Origin: Bdellovibrionota bacterium
GTDB lineage: Bacteria; Bdellovibrionota_C; UBA2361; OMII01
Direction: 5' to 3'
NCBI GenBank assembly: GCA_044351795.1
Contig: JBILFA010000004.1
Location: forward strand, 3-64,002
DNA: 64,000 bases
Position 1 is the first letter of the stretch, and every line of letters begins with the position of its first letter. The notes under the pieces are model-generated. The model searched no databases. It was given only the letters and a program-made list of their open reading frames with translations, and was not told the DNA's origin. Of the stretch, positions 25,841 through 36,103 are shown in pieces. A program made the position numbers and the translations under genes.

Positions 25841-26923
25841 TTACACATTCAGGAATCTCCGATTCATGCTCTCAACAGCGCCGCCTAAGTGGTCGTCACT
25901 AAGGTGAGCGTAGCGATGTACTGTCTGAAGCTGTTTGTGTCCCAGCACACCAGCAATCTCAATTAGCGATGCGCCATTCATAGCAAGGTAGCTAGCCGTG
26001 GTGTGCCGTAGATCGTGAAACCTGAAGTCGGTAATTTTTGCGGCCTTACGCGCCGCTGTCCAGGGAGCAGTAATATCGAAGTGGCGATCCGCCTCTGGCA
26101 CAGGTCGGCAGGGCTTTTTTGGTGAGGGCTTTTCTCCCGGAAACAGAAAGTCAGAATCTGCACGTCTCTGCAAGAGATGCTCTCTTATCAGCTCAAGTGC
26201 CCTGCCCTTCAATGGTACACTACGTCGCTGTCCATTTTTCGTATGGACCAGTATCAGGCGTTCCCGATCCAGATCAACTTGCTTCCACGTGAGAGATAAG
26301 ATCTCCTCTTTTCGCATTCCGGTTGAGAGGGCTAGAAGCACAATCAGATAAAGGGGAGCGTAGTTACTCTTTCTGCAAGCATCCAGGAGACGGGTTAGTT
26401 CGTCCTGATTGAGGTATCGTACCCTAACCGCACTCTGAGGGAATCTCTCTACGTCCTCTACCGGATTGTGATCGATCCATCCCAAGCGACGAGCAAGCTT
26501 GCACGCAATTGACAAGCTACAGAGATGAACCCTCATACTGGATGGAGATAGCCCACCATCTGAAGTACGTCCTGGCGCTGCCTTCAGCGTGCCCATCGCT
26601 TTTTTAATAGCAGCATAGTTAAGTTGCCTGAAAGGGATCGAACCAAGAGCTGCGCCCCAACGAAAGAAGTGCGCTCGGCGACTTAGATCGCAATGATTCT
26701 CTAAAATGTATCTGTCTATCGCATCCTGGACTGTGGGCAGTCTCTCTGCCCCTTTTACTGTGGTGCGCCCTCCGAGTATTTTTAAGTCATGCGCCTTTAT
26801 CCATTCCACTGCGTCGATCCTTCTCTTGAAAGTGGCTGTCAGATTCGGATGCCCCGCACGACGTACCCTCGCCATATAGGTTAGTTCGCCTTTGGAGTTC
26901 TCTCTCCTAAAAATACTACCCAT
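25841..26923 (-). CDS. Tyrosine-type site-specific integrase
   Basis: ALSTGMRKEEILSLTW (Arg I), HDLRHTTASYLAMNG and LGHKQLQTVHRYAHL (catalytic Tyr). It lies next to direct repeat DR-b. Confidence 0.9.
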   Translation of the reverse strand: MGSIFRRENSKGELTYMARVRRAGHPNLTATFKRRIDAVEWIKAHDLKILGGRTTVKGAERLPTVQDAIDRYILENHCDLSRRAHFFRWGAALGSIPFRQLNYAAIKKAMGTLKAAPGRTSDGGLSPSSMRVHLCSLSIACKLARRLGWIDHNPVEDVERFPQSAVRVRYLNQDELTRLLDACRKSNYAPLYLIVLLALSTGMRKEEILSLTWKQVDLDRERLILVHTKNGQRRSVPLKGRALELIREHLLQRRADSDFLFPGEKPSPKKPCRPVPEADRHFDITAPWTAARKAAKITDFRFHDLRHTTASYLAMNGASLIEIAGVLGHKQLQTVHRYAHLSDDHLGGAVESMNRRFLNV

Positions 26924-27232
26924 CGACCCTCCTACTCATAATAGCTGTTGTTATTAGCACAGCTATCTGAAACAGACTCGGCAATCCTGGTTTAGTTGGC
27001 ACTAACGGCGTCGATTTCAAGGAACGCGAAGACGTCCTCTCGCTCCATGAGCTTAATCGGACTTAAGCTTGATGTTGCCGCCTTCTTCGCCCCATCTGTA
27101 AAAGACGATGTGGTGATGAATATCCCTTCATGGGCGCCCTCCCTATTTTGCGGCACTGCGTCTCCTGCCCTTTTCCTTTGGCGTGAACTAGCGGCGAGAC
27201 AAGCGTGCGCATGGCGCTACTAACGGTCTCCC

Positions 27233-27439
27233 CTACTTCGATCTCACCTCAAAGTGATCAATCAACATCCTGCGCTGGATGGTAGCGAACAGAACCCCTC
27301 CCCTCTCCTTCTTCTCGAGGTATAAGAGCATGTTAATTACCAGCGCCTTATGAACGGCTTCTTTCGTCGCATAAGGAGCTACCACAGCGTGATGCGCGGT
27401 GTTTTCGAAGTAGCGCCTTTGGTAAGGCTGGGAAGCCAC
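27233..27439 (-). pseudogene. Displaced 3' fragment of a rep-like gene
   Basis: ...KEAVHKALVINMLLYLEKKERGGVLFATIQRRMLIDHFEVRSK compares with the Rep C-terminus REAFDNALSFNQRFYLEKKERGGVLFATIQRRMLIDHFEAKS. Only about the last 45 codons are homologous. Confidence 0.6.
27240..27329. repeat. Direct repeat DR-b: 90-bp near-identical copy of the rep 3' end
   Basis: Aligns base for base with 38582-38671 with about 7 mismatches by eye, in the same orientation. Confidence 0.75.
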
Positions 27440-27467
27440 GAAAATAGGTAGGCGCTGGATTTAGGCC

Positions 27468-27692
27468 CTAGCTAGAAAGCATTTTTAACAGACGCCTGGT
27501 GATGTGATGGGAAAGCTCGCTTCTCAGGTCGTTAACGTCTTGGGTCAGCTTGCTAAGCAGATCAGTTAACTGCCCCAAGGTACCCACTAACCTATCTGCT
27601 TTCACTTGGTAATCCGCAAAATTCCTTTCGCCGGCTTCAGAAGAGTCCAGGAAATAGGCCCCTACTCTGTGCACAGATCGGAACGCTATCAT
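27468..27692 (-). CDS. Hypothetical small protein
   Basis: 74-aa ORF with no recognisable motif. Confidence 0.3.
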   Translation of the reverse strand: MIAFRSVHRVGAYFLDSSEAGERNFADYQVKADRLVGTLGQLTDLLSKLTQDVNDLRSELSHHITRRLLKMLSS

Positions 27693-27782
27693 TAATTCGC
27701 GAGGGGAGAACGGTACTGGAATGATAAGTATTCCATCTGTTGATACTAAGCTTAAATTTTCGAATCTGCCCGAATGCGGTTG

Positions 27783-28439
27783 CTAGTCGTGTATTCTCTT
27801 AACTTGCTCTATACAACTATCGAGGTACTTTTCCCGTCCTTCCTCAAGCAAGACGCGAATCTCTTCTCTCTGGCTCTCTGGTAATTGATTGAACTGCGCA
27901 GTAAGTGCGATGTTGCAGGATCCACCGGCAATACGCGTCACTTCTCTGTCTAGATTCTCCCATTCCTCTGTCCTTTGATTCTTAAGACTTAAGTGCATTT
28001 GTGCTTCGATTAAGAGACCTGCAAGAGTCAAAGAAGGGAGAATTTCACTTCTTAGTACTTGATGAACCTGAACCCGAGTATGTTCTTCTATCGCCAGATT
28101 TTCGCGGCGTCTTCGAGCCAGCTCGTCTTTCAGTTGTTCCGACTGTCGCCCTAATTCCACCTGTCTGTGCGACTGTGCAGTAACTAGGTTGAGAAGCGTC
28201 TCAAATACCGAAGAAGGCTTAATAGAGCTGGGTATCGAATTTAACTTGGTCGACAAAAAATCCAGTTGAGAGTCGGGCGTATAGGGCCTAAAGGGTTCGG
28301 TGCAGTTATTTAACAGGCACTGTCCTGCAGGCGAGTCCCTCAGCCATCGATCAATTGCTTCGTCCAAGCTGGGGCATGATGAGTCAGCAGGGTTTATTGA
28401 AGGGAGCCTTTGCGGATTAAACTCTGGTTGCTGAAACAT
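27783..28439 (-). CDS. Hypothetical protein
   Basis: 218-aa ORF, helical/coiled-coil-like in its second half, with no recognisable motif. Confidence 0.45.
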   Translation of the reverse strand: MFQQPEFNPQRLPSINPADSSCPSLDEAIDRWLRDSPAGQCLLNNCTEPFRPYTPDSQLDFLSTKLNSIPSSIKPSSVFETLLNLVTAQSHRQVELGRQSEQLKDELARRRRENLAIEEHTRVQVHQVLRSEILPSLTLAGLLIEAQMHLSLKNQRTEEWENLDREVTRIAGGSCNIALTAQFNQLPESQREEIRVLLEEGREKYLDSCIEQVKRIHD

Positions 28440-28751
28440 TTTGCCTTATCCACCTTATTGTCCTGCTTTACGCGCCAATCGACAGCCGCTCCACAAATTG
28501 AAATGCAACAAAGCACGAACGATTCGATGAAGCTTTTATTGGCCAAAGACTTACAAGGACTGCTGCCTATGTCCGCAGTCTACTTTCTTTCTCGCCATTA
28601 GAGTTCCGTGTACGTCTAAGCTGGTCCATTGAGGGCATAGCCTTGCTCTCATACGCCTCATGTTTCAATTACCAATTTGGTTTTAGGAACGATATGGCGA
28701 CGAAGAAAGAATTCGCTGGCAGGCATGAGATTGCTAGCTCCACTTTGGACA

Positions 28752-29531
28752 CTATTTCAGCTGCCCTTTCCTCGGAATTAATGAGGCGGGTAAGGGCCCC
28801 ATGTCGAATCCAATGCCTCGGGAATGAAGGTATCTAAAGCCTTCCCGCTCGAAGTGCTGGCGAAGCTCTTTAAGAGACCACTCGTGGATATGTTCGCTAT
28901 GAACTTCCCTCGTTCGGCCCCACAGATGCCTTTCGATTTGAAACATCTGAGTCTGGTTGACTGTGGGGTAAGTCACCACCATTAATCCACCGGGCTTTAA
29001 CGCGTAAAAAAAATTTCGGATGACCGTTTGGGGATTTAAAACATGTTCCAGAGTCTCAACACTCACCACCTTATCAAATTGGCCTTCATGGACAGCGGCA
29101 GGGCGATCCTGAGCGCTTTCTGTGATCGACTCAAGATCGGATTCAATAAACTGAATTCCAGTGTGATTGTTAGCAGCGGCGGATTCGAAGGCTTTACTGG
29201 TGATGTCTATCGCTACCACCTGGGCCCCCATTTCGGCTACTTTCAAGGAAAGACGGCCATCTCCGCACGCAGCGTCCAAAATAACCTCCCCCGCTTTCGG
29301 GCACAGAAGCTTTAAAGCTGCTTTATGACGTGCCTCATGGTACGCGGCACTTACGTCAAAATTCCCAACGAGGTGAGACGGCTGATATCCTCCACCTTGA
29401 TACTTTTCCTGGTAATAAGCCCTAAGAGCCTCCGGAGAGCCAAAGGTTAGCTTTCCCTCACTCACTACAGATTCCGCGTCACGTTCAGGGCGAGTATTAC
29501 TCAGAGATGGTTCCACTTTTATAGCTCCCAA
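28752..29531 (-). CDS. Class I SAM-dependent methyltransferase
   Basis: Motif I VILDAACGDGRLSL, then DKVVSVETLEHV. It is divergent from the 29801-38001 operon. Confidence 0.75.
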   Translation of the reverse strand: MGAIKVEPSLSNTRPERDAESVVSEGKLTFGSPEALRAYYQEKYQGGGYQPSHLVGNFDVSAAYHEARHKAALKLLCPKAGEVILDAACGDGRLSLKVAEMGAQVVAIDITSKAFESAAANNHTGIQFIESDLESITESAQDRPAAVHEGQFDKVVSVETLEHVLNPQTVIRNFFYALKPGGLMVVTYPTVNQTQMFQIERHLWGRTREVHSEHIHEWSLKELRQHFEREGFRYLHSRGIGFDMGPLPASLIPRKGQLK

Positions 29532-29800
29532 GGAAGCAGACGCTTTAATTTAGCAGACCGCTATTTTAAACCCGCTCAGACTTATACCTGAGTTCTTGAG
29601 TTTGTATAGCGTTAATTGGCCGGGTGTGCTCGCCTCTCCGCGCTGCCTTCCTCACGTGGCAAACCTAGACGATCATGTACGTCGAACTTTACTTTCTATG
29701 AGACCTCATAGAACGATTTTAATTTACATTCAGGAGGATCTACGTTACGAGTGGGCCGCCTGACTTTCTCTATTCCTCTTAAGTACACGTGAGGGGGTTT

Positions 29801-30817
29801 ATGTTTTCATCTCAACACAGCTCGTCCTTTCCCTTTTTGCCGAGACAAAGGGAGTCTGGGGCCTCGGAAAGCACCCAGGGGCCGATGATTGCTCTCTCTG
29901 ATCGTTCACGGGATATTTTCTCTTCTATCCTTGCAGAAGTCGCGGGCGGTCCCTACTCTAACCAAGAGCTACCGCGTTACCTAACAGCTGCAACGAGACT
30001 TTGGGCGGAGAATCTTCCCGAGCTAGATAGAGCCCGTTCTCTATTGGTAGACCACGCCGTCCCTGCAGTTCTGTTAACGAACCTTCCCCAGGATGAGACG
30101 GTCCCACCGACCGGACCAGACGGCCGCATGATGAAGAAGACATCTGTTAGTGAAGCGGTGAGCGTCGCCTTGCTGCATCCCTTAGGGCGGCTGGCCACGC
30201 ATGCAGACAAACGAGACGGTGCTGTTGTTAGTGACCTGTATCCAAAAAAGTCTGATGCGGCAGCCCAGCTTGGCTCAAATTCAGTGTTTTTGGAGTGGCA
30301 TACAGACGAAGCTTTTCATGACGTCCCACCATCTTTTGTTTGCCTCTACGGTGTACGAGGAGAACCCTTAGCACAAACCCTTATCGCTGAGTTCAATTGC
30401 TCTGAGCTGCCACCGGAGATCGCGAGAGTCCTTTCCGAACCTCACTTCAGCATTCGATCGGACGGTTCCCATGCTGTGTTAGGGCAAAGAAAGAAAGCTG
30501 CTGTTCTTGACGGCGAAGGAGCCGATGCGCTGGTTAGATATGACCCGGTATTCACGGATTTCGACAACGCTGAGGCTGAGCTCGCCTTCGCTCAGTTTGA
30601 AGCATTTACGTTGAGAAAGTCGCTTAGCTTTACCATAGATACGGGGCAGGCACTTATCTTCAATAATAAAATCGGGATACATGCGAGAACAGAGTTTCCT
30701 CCCCGATTTGATGGCACTGATAGGTGGATCATCAAGTCGCAAGTAGTACCCGTAAGCACCCCCGAAGAGAAGTTTCACAATTCCAATCGATTTTGGCTAA
30801 ACCCAATTGGAGCTTGA
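29801..30817 (+). CDS. Fe(II)/2-oxoglutarate dioxygenase, clavaminate-synthase-like (VioC/AsnO/TauD superfamily)
   Basis: LEWHTDEAFHDVPPSFVCLYGVRGEPLAQT carries the HxD facial-triad start, followed by the FH..P....L.C.R....T pattern of CAS-like amino-acid hydroxylases. The distal IGIHARTEF follows. The start is ATG 29801 (the track GTG at 29789 is also possible). Confidence 0.7.
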   Translation: MFSSQHSSSFPFLPRQRESGASESTQGPMIALSDRSRDIFSSILAEVAGGPYSNQELPRYLTAATRLWAENLPELDRARSLLVDHAVPAVLLTNLPQDETVPPTGPDGRMMKKTSVSEAVSVALLHPLGRLATHADKRDGAVVSDLYPKKSDAAAQLGSNSVFLEWHTDEAFHDVPPSFVCLYGVRGEPLAQTLIAEFNCSELPPEIARVLSEPHFSIRSDGSHAVLGQRKKAAVLDGEGADALVRYDPVFTDFDNAEAELAFAQFEAFTLRKSLSFTIDTGQALIFNNKIGIHARTEFPPRFDGTDRWIIKSQVVPVSTPEEKFHNSNRFWLNPIGA

Positions 30818-30821
30818 GCTC

Positions 30822-31712
30822 ATGAACCAAGAAATACAAAAGCATACCGAACTCGGATTATCCGACCTACTAATAAAACCCTTCCTGTATGAATCTAGCG
30901 CTCAGTACAGCGTAGTCCTCCCCGAGTACCATTTCGCCGAAGGGACGGACATGGAGATGGCCGCGAGCAAGCTGAATAAGTTGGCGAGTCGACGAGAAAA
31001 GCCAGTCACGTTAGTGGACTGCGGGGCAGGCCCCGGTCGAGTGTGGGAATATCTAGGGGCGGATTTTGCCACAGTTGTCGCTGTCGAGCCGAGTCGAGGC
31101 ATGTGGAGAGCTGACCCGCCCTCTAACGTTAAATACGTGGAGTCAGGTGCTTTTGAATTTCTGAAAGCCAATCCAAGTACCGAAAGAATCGTTTCATTTC
31201 TTTGGTCAGTGAACTACCCACTACTGAGCTTTTTCGAGAAGTACGATCCAAAACAAGGAAAGGTCATTCAATTCGACGCACACAAGGGAGATGCTGATTG
31301 TAGAGCGGCAGTGCGCGAGGTGCTAGAGCGCAACTCTGGCTCCGACTATTTTATCATGGTGTTCGATGATGAGTCGCCCGAACAGCAATTTGTTACCTCT
31401 GTTTGGGAACGGGAAGCTCCATTTCCTTTCAATGACCGTTCCTATACTCGGCGACTCTTATTAGATGAAATGCAACGCTTCGCAGAGAAAAGTGGTGCCC
31501 TTTTCACGCAGGAGCATCACGCGGGTTTTGCGGACTATGGGCCCGGAGGTGTTGCCTTGAGTCGCATGCTCAATTTCCATCTGAGGGGACACTTCAACAA
31601 TGACCCAGAAGTTGTACAAGCCGCAGCGACTTTTCTTAGCTCCTACCGTGATGACAGCACTACTAAGGTGCCTGTGGGGATGCACATACTTCAGCTGCAG
31701 GCTGTTCCATGA
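30822..31712 (+). CDS. Class I SAM-dependent methyltransferase
   Basis: Motif I LVDCGAGPGRVWEYL. The ATG at 30822 lies 4 nt after the upstream stop. The track start at 30807 is a non-ATG codon inside the upstream gene. Confidence 0.65.
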   Translation: MNQEIQKHTELGLSDLLIKPFLYESSAQYSVVLPEYHFAEGTDMEMAASKLNKLASRREKPVTLVDCGAGPGRVWEYLGADFATVVAVEPSRGMWRADPPSNVKYVESGAFEFLKANPSTERIVSFLWSVNYPLLSFFEKYDPKQGKVIQFDAHKGDADCRAAVREVLERNSGSDYFIMVFDDESPEQQFVTSVWEREAPFPFNDRSYTRRLLLDEMQRFAEKSGALFTQEHHAGFADYGPGGVALSRMLNFHLRGHFNNDPEVVQAAATFLSSYRDDSTTKVPVGMHILQLQAVP

Positions 31713-32536
31713 GCACTCCTTGCGTTCTCATTACCGGGGCCTCGGGTACGTTCGGGCTAGCGCTTACAGATTTCTTTCTGAATACCGGTTGGTCTGTGAT
31801 TGCTGGGGTGCGTCGTGCTGCCGCGGAATCATATGTCAGAGAGCGCTTTGGAGCGGCGGTTTCGAACCAACGGCTCTCCATACTGTCCTTAAATGCGCTT
31901 GATTTATCACAGTGCCACGAAGTCCTGAAGGTGTATCTGCAATCGAATCCAGCCCCAAATGCGCTCATCAACAACGCTGCGACGGATTCATGGGAGGCAA
32001 TTGAGGACTTAACCCCGGAAGTTCTCATTGAAGTGCTACAGGTCAACTTGGTATTTCCCGCAATTCTAACGCGAGTTCTTATTAAACACTGGCGAGATGC
32101 CAAGCAGAGCGGCTCTATCCTTCACATTTCGTCTCTGCTTGCTAACTTTGGGGCTCTCGATAGCAGTGCCTATGCTGCTAGCAAGGGGGGTCTAGAGGCG
32201 TTCTCGAGAGCCGTTGCGGTTGAAGCAGGGCCTTATGGTATCCGCTCGAATGTTCTTCGTATTGCTGCGTGTCAACATGGTCTGACATCGCGTCACGAGC
32301 TACCGAGCCTAGATATTCGCTTCACAAGCGCTAACAACAACTCTACTAATATCGAGCTCATCCCCTTACAGCGACGAGGTGATATCGCCGACTTCTGTCG
32401 TGCTGCATCTTTTCTCGTTGGTCCAGAGGCGTCCTTTATTACAGGACAGGAGTTGACTGCTGATGGTGGACTCTCGGTTGTCTATCCTGGGTATTCTTCA
32501 CCGAGCTGCGGCCAGTTAGGAGCCGAAAATGTTTGA
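31709..32536 (+). CDS. Short-chain dehydrogenase/reductase (SDR)
   Basis: ITGASGTFG (TGxxxGxG), LINNAAT and YAASKGGLEAF (YxxxK). ATGA overlap with the upstream gene. Confidence 0.85.
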   Translation: MSTPCVLITGASGTFGLALTDFFLNTGWSVIAGVRRAAAESYVRERFGAAVSNQRLSILSLNALDLSQCHEVLKVYLQSNPAPNALINNAATDSWEAIEDLTPEVLIEVLQVNLVFPAILTRVLIKHWRDAKQSGSILHISSLLANFGALDSSAYAASKGGLEAFSRAVAVEAGPYGIRSNVLRIAACQHGLTSRHELPSLDIRFTSANNNSTNIELIPLQRRGDIADFCRAASFLVGPEASFITGQELTADGGLSVVYPGYSSPSCGQLGAENV

Positions 32537-33779
32537 ACGGGTTGTTAATCCATCTGCTTTTGCACTCCCCTCTGGGCTTGGTCAGCTCGAGAGGTCGACA
32601 GTGTCTATATCTGGAGATGACCATGAAGTAATGGCGGCATTTGCCCATCGGGCCGTAGTCGAAGGAGCGAACGTAGTACTTCTGCCAAGTTCGGGTGGAC
32701 AAGTTACGCTACCTTCTTTTAACGACAACATTATCGTCAACCTTCACTGCCCAAAAGATTCGCCTACCATTATTTCTACACAAAGCTCCGATGGGCGCCT
32801 GGGACCTCTTCATTCGGGAACCCTGACCTTGTACACTTCCGGAAGTACGGGGGAGCCAAGGCCTGTAACCTTGTCCCGACAGCAGCTGGATTTAACGGCG
32901 CGATGGTATCGTGACATATATGGTCTAACTCCCGACTCCGTCATAGTGAGTTCCCTTCCGCTTACTTACAACTTTTCCTTCATAGCAGGCGTATGGACTG
33001 CGCAGACTACTGGATGCGTTTATCAGCATGTGTCGCAAGAGCGCTTTGCCCTTGGCATCGAGGCAGCTCGATTGCATGCTGATAAGGTCATTGTGCTCGC
33101 GAATCCCGTGGTTATTGAGTCAATGATGAACGAGCACAGTCTCAGTGCTTTCAGTAATATCTTATTCGATACTGGCGGGGCTCCCTTGAGTACAACAGCA
33201 TTGCGCATGTTTAGGGATCGCATAGGAGATATTCGTGAAGGGTACGGGCTAACGGAAACCTGCTCGCTCACACACTTTGATACCGAGGGCACAGAGGACT
33301 CGTTAGGTACTGTAGGGCGGGCGCTGACCGGGGTAAATTTTGATATTCGTCACACACCTGCACGGCAGCCTGAGTTATGGATAGCATCACCTAATCTAGA
33401 ACAAGGGGGTTTTAGCGCGGATCGCTTAGTCGACGGGTATTACCGCACTGGCGATTTAGCACGCATAGATGCGGGCGGGCGCTTGCGACTTTTGGGCCGA
33501 TCTTCTGATCACTGTATTGGGGGGTATTATCCACGCGATACTCTCGACATTCTCGGCCCCCTCTTGGGTATGCGATGTGCATTGGTGCAACACGCTGGGC
33601 CGAATAGCGTGCTTATCAAGTTGAGACACATTGATGAGGAGCAACTGCCTGCACGTATGGCAGCGCTCGTATCCGAGACACACCAGATACCCTACAGTGG
33701 CGTTCGCGTGATGAGCCAGACCTCACCTCTTACCCACTCTCTTAAGTTAACTCGTGAGCTCGGGGGGCAGACCAACTGA
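32529..33779 (+). CDS. Adenylate-forming enzyme (AMP-dependent synthetase/ligase, short form)
   Basis: LYTSGSTGEPRPV, GYGLTET and YRTGDLA core motifs. At 416 aa it is shorter than typical acyl-CoA ligases. 8-nt overlap with the SDR gene. Confidence 0.75.
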   Translation: MFERVVNPSAFALPSGLGQLERSTVSISGDDHEVMAAFAHRAVVEGANVVLLPSSGGQVTLPSFNDNIIVNLHCPKDSPTIISTQSSDGRLGPLHSGTLTLYTSGSTGEPRPVTLSRQQLDLTARWYRDIYGLTPDSVIVSSLPLTYNFSFIAGVWTAQTTGCVYQHVSQERFALGIEAARLHADKVIVLANPVVIESMMNEHSLSAFSNILFDTGGAPLSTTALRMFRDRIGDIREGYGLTETCSLTHFDTEGTEDSLGTVGRALTGVNFDIRHTPARQPELWIASPNLEQGGFSADRLVDGYYRTGDLARIDAGGRLRLLGRSSDHCIGGYYPRDTLDILGPLLGMRCALVQHAGPNSVLIKLRHIDEEQLPARMAALVSETHQIPYSGVRVMSQTSPLTHSLKLTRELGGQTN

Positions 33780-35578
33780 TGTGTGGCCTTGTCGGAATAA
33801 TTCAACTTCGCGGTGAGATTACGTCCAATCAGGTGGACCAAGTACGCTGGGGTGTCGAGCGCCTAAAACACCGCGGCCCCGACGGTGCCCAGTACTGGGC
33901 TTCTGGGAACTTTTGTGTGGCGCACGCAAGGTTGTCAATATTCAACCATGAGTCCAGCGCTTCTCAGCCTTTTGTATCAGACCGAGCTGTCCTTGCGTGC
34001 AATGGCGAAATCTACAACTGTCGCGAACTCGCGGCTGAATTGGGTATAGACTACCACTCTCTCAGAAGCGACTGTGAAGTCGTGTTACGGGGATACGAAG
34101 TATGGGGCATATCTGTGGTGGCGCGTCTGAGGGGAGATTTCGCATTTGCCCTTTTTGATCGGATCTCTCACAAGGCTTACCTCGTTCGAGACCATATCGG
34201 GGTTAAGCAGCTAGTCTATACTCGTATCGGTGATGCCATAGCATTCGCTTCAGAAGCCAAAGCATTAGCAGGCCTCGGTGGTTTGGTGCTGGAGCCGTCT
34301 GTCGATAAGATTGCCGAAGACTGGGTGATGGGGTTTTGGGGCGATAAGGCGTCTACCTACTTCAAATCGGTAGACCACATCAAACAGGGGTGTTTTCTGG
34401 AGTGCTCAGTAGAGGGGCCCCCTAGGGAAGTCACTTATTGGTCTCCCCTGGACCTGCCGATCCGCTCGATGTCAAAAGATGTCTTTGTGAGTCAATTCGA
34501 TGACACGCTAAAGACAGCCACCGCAGTGCGGCTAATGGGTCAGGCTAAGATAGGTACCCTTCTTTCCGGCGGTGTAGATAGCAGTCTCACTACAGCAATG
34601 ACTGCCAAGGCACTACCGAGGGTGACCTCCTACACTACCACCTACTCTAAAAGTGCGACCAACGAAGATCTAGTTCACGCCGAATTAGTAGCCCAGAAGT
34701 ACCCAAATATTGAACACAGGAAGGTAGATAATGTCCCGGAAGACTTCTCATGGCAGAATCTCTCGACGACTTCCTATCACATGGAGGAAGTCGTATGGGA
34801 TAGGGTGTACTGGGCAATCCTCAACAACTATCGCGCTGCTTCTTCAGATGGGCATCGGGTTATCCTGAGTGGACAGGGTTCTGACGAGCTTTGGCTCGGT
34901 TACTTTTTCACGTTCCCTCACTACAGAGTGTGCGGTTCACAGTGGCAGAAGGATTATCTTATTAACGATTTTTCTCAGGATTCTTTAAGATTCATGGACG
35001 CGCTAGACCCGGCTTTCCTGAATAGCGAACGAGCCAAGGAAATAGTCGCGTCCAATATCGAGCGGAACTTGCTCCCTTATGGGGATCGGGACAAATTAAA
35101 TGGAATCGCTCACTGGGCATTTCGGACGCATCTTCAGAGTAATTTGATGCAAGAGGACCGGCTTTCTATGGCCAGTTCAGTTGAATGCAGAGTACCTCAT
35201 GTCGATATCGAGGTAGTAAAGCTCGCTTATGCTACTCCCAGCTATTTAAAGCTTTTAGATGGGCGCGAAAAGTATCCTGTTCGACAGGTAGCTGCGCGAT
35301 GGCTTCCGATTCAGGTCGCTAACCGCAGCAAGTTCGCCTTCCCTGAGAGTCCGGATTCATATAACAGTGAGATTCATGCAAGACTTCGGGATGGTACTAT
35401 CCCGTCGCTAAACGAGCCAATTCTAGGAGCGATATTCAAGGAAGAGGTTCTAAAGCTTGCGCGCACCAATCCTGCTTCACTTGCCCCTCAGCTTCTATGG
35501 CGCATCGTAGCCATAGCAAACTTCAGCGCTATTTTTACTTCGTCCTTGAAGACGCTCACTGTGCATGATACTCGGTAG
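33779..35578 (+). CDS. Asparagine synthetase B-type glutamine amidotransferase
   Basis: N-terminal MCGLVGI (Ntn Cys2 nucleophile present) and the PP-loop LLSGGVDSS. The start overlaps the upstream stop (TGATG). Confidence 0.85.
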   Translation: MCGLVGIIQLRGEITSNQVDQVRWGVERLKHRGPDGAQYWASGNFCVAHARLSIFNHESSASQPFVSDRAVLACNGEIYNCRELAAELGIDYHSLRSDCEVVLRGYEVWGISVVARLRGDFAFALFDRISHKAYLVRDHIGVKQLVYTRIGDAIAFASEAKALAGLGGLVLEPSVDKIAEDWVMGFWGDKASTYFKSVDHIKQGCFLECSVEGPPREVTYWSPLDLPIRSMSKDVFVSQFDDTLKTATAVRLMGQAKIGTLLSGGVDSSLTTAMTAKALPRVTSYTTTYSKSATNEDLVHAELVAQKYPNIEHRKVDNVPEDFSWQNLSTTSYHMEEVVWDRVYWAILNNYRAASSDGHRVILSGQGSDELWLGYFFTFPHYRVCGSQWQKDYLINDFSQDSLRFMDALDPAFLNSERAKEIVASNIERNLLPYGDRDKLNGIAHWAFRTHLQSNLMQEDRLSMASSVECRVPHVDIEVVKLAYATPSYLKLLDGREKYPVRQVAARWLPIQVANRSKFAFPESPDSYNSEIHARLRDGTIPSLNEPILGAIFKEEVLKLARTNPASLAPQLLWRIVAIANFSAIFTSSLKTLTVHDTR

Positions 35579-35581
35579 CCC

Positions 35582-36103
35582 ATGAGACGTTATTGTATTT
35601 TTCTTATCGCCGAATCGCCTGCCCTTGCGCTGATAGAGGATATCAGAATACTGCTCGATCCATTGAGCGGTGTTGTTCCTGCTCACCTTACGGTGGTGTT
35701 TCCTTTTTCTACAGAGATGTCTCCTAAGGTTATTATCGACCATGTGGCTGATCGCGCTGCTCACTTCTCTCCCATCGAGACGACCTTGGTAGGTTGTCAC
35801 CTTCAAAACGATGGATACATTCACATTTCAGTCCTGGATCAGCAGAAGCAACTATCCGCGCTACATGCGCAGCTGTATTCGGGTAGCCTCGAGTCGTTCT
35901 TGGATCCGAATTTTCCATTCCTGCCTCACATAACTATTGGGCGCTACACGGCTACGTCTCAAGACGGCGCAGAAAAACAGATACAGAGACTTTCCTTCCC
36001 AATTTGTTTGCGTTTAAGCAGGTTAGTCTTAGAGGAGATCCTTGAGGACGATAAATCGAGCCCTCTGCTGGAAGTGACGTTAGGAGGTAAGGTATCAACA
36101 TGA
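35582..36103 (+). CDS. 2H phosphoesterase (LigT / 2'-5' RNA ligase-like)
   Basis: Two H-x-T/S motifs at the expected spacing, AHLTVVFPF and LPHITIGR. 173 aa. Confidence 0.7.
   Translation: MRRYCIFLIAESPALALIEDIRILLDPLSGVVPAHLTVVFPFSTEMSPKVIIDHVADRAAHFSPIETTLVGCHLQNDGYIHISVLDQQKQLSALHAQLYSGSLESFLDPNFPFLPHITIGRYTATSQDGAEKQIQRLSFPICLRLSRLVLEEILEDDKSSPLLEVTLGGKVST

Larger units (their letters stand above)
1146..27329. mobile_element. Candidate integrated island 1 (family-A/B cassettes plus defence genes), bounded by DR-c and DR-b with an integrase at the right end
   Basis: Bounded by direct repeats of the rep 3' core. The tyrosine integrase 25841-26923 lies about 300 bp inside the right repeat. 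A second recombinase is at 16278-17252. Confidence 0.45.

Noticed and set aside
31663-32103. 146-aa minus-strand ORF
   Set aside because: It is antisense to the start of the SDR gene, which has clear TGxxxGxG and YxxxK motifs.
33779-35578. AsnB-like protein as a lasso-peptide cyclase or beta-lactam synthetase
   Set aside because: I saw no precursor peptide or B-type protease for a lasso system. The N-terminal Cys2 glutaminase nucleophile is intact, unlike beta-lactam synthetase-type enzymes as I recall them. A genuine amidotransferase is the simpler call, though the alternatives are not strictly excluded.
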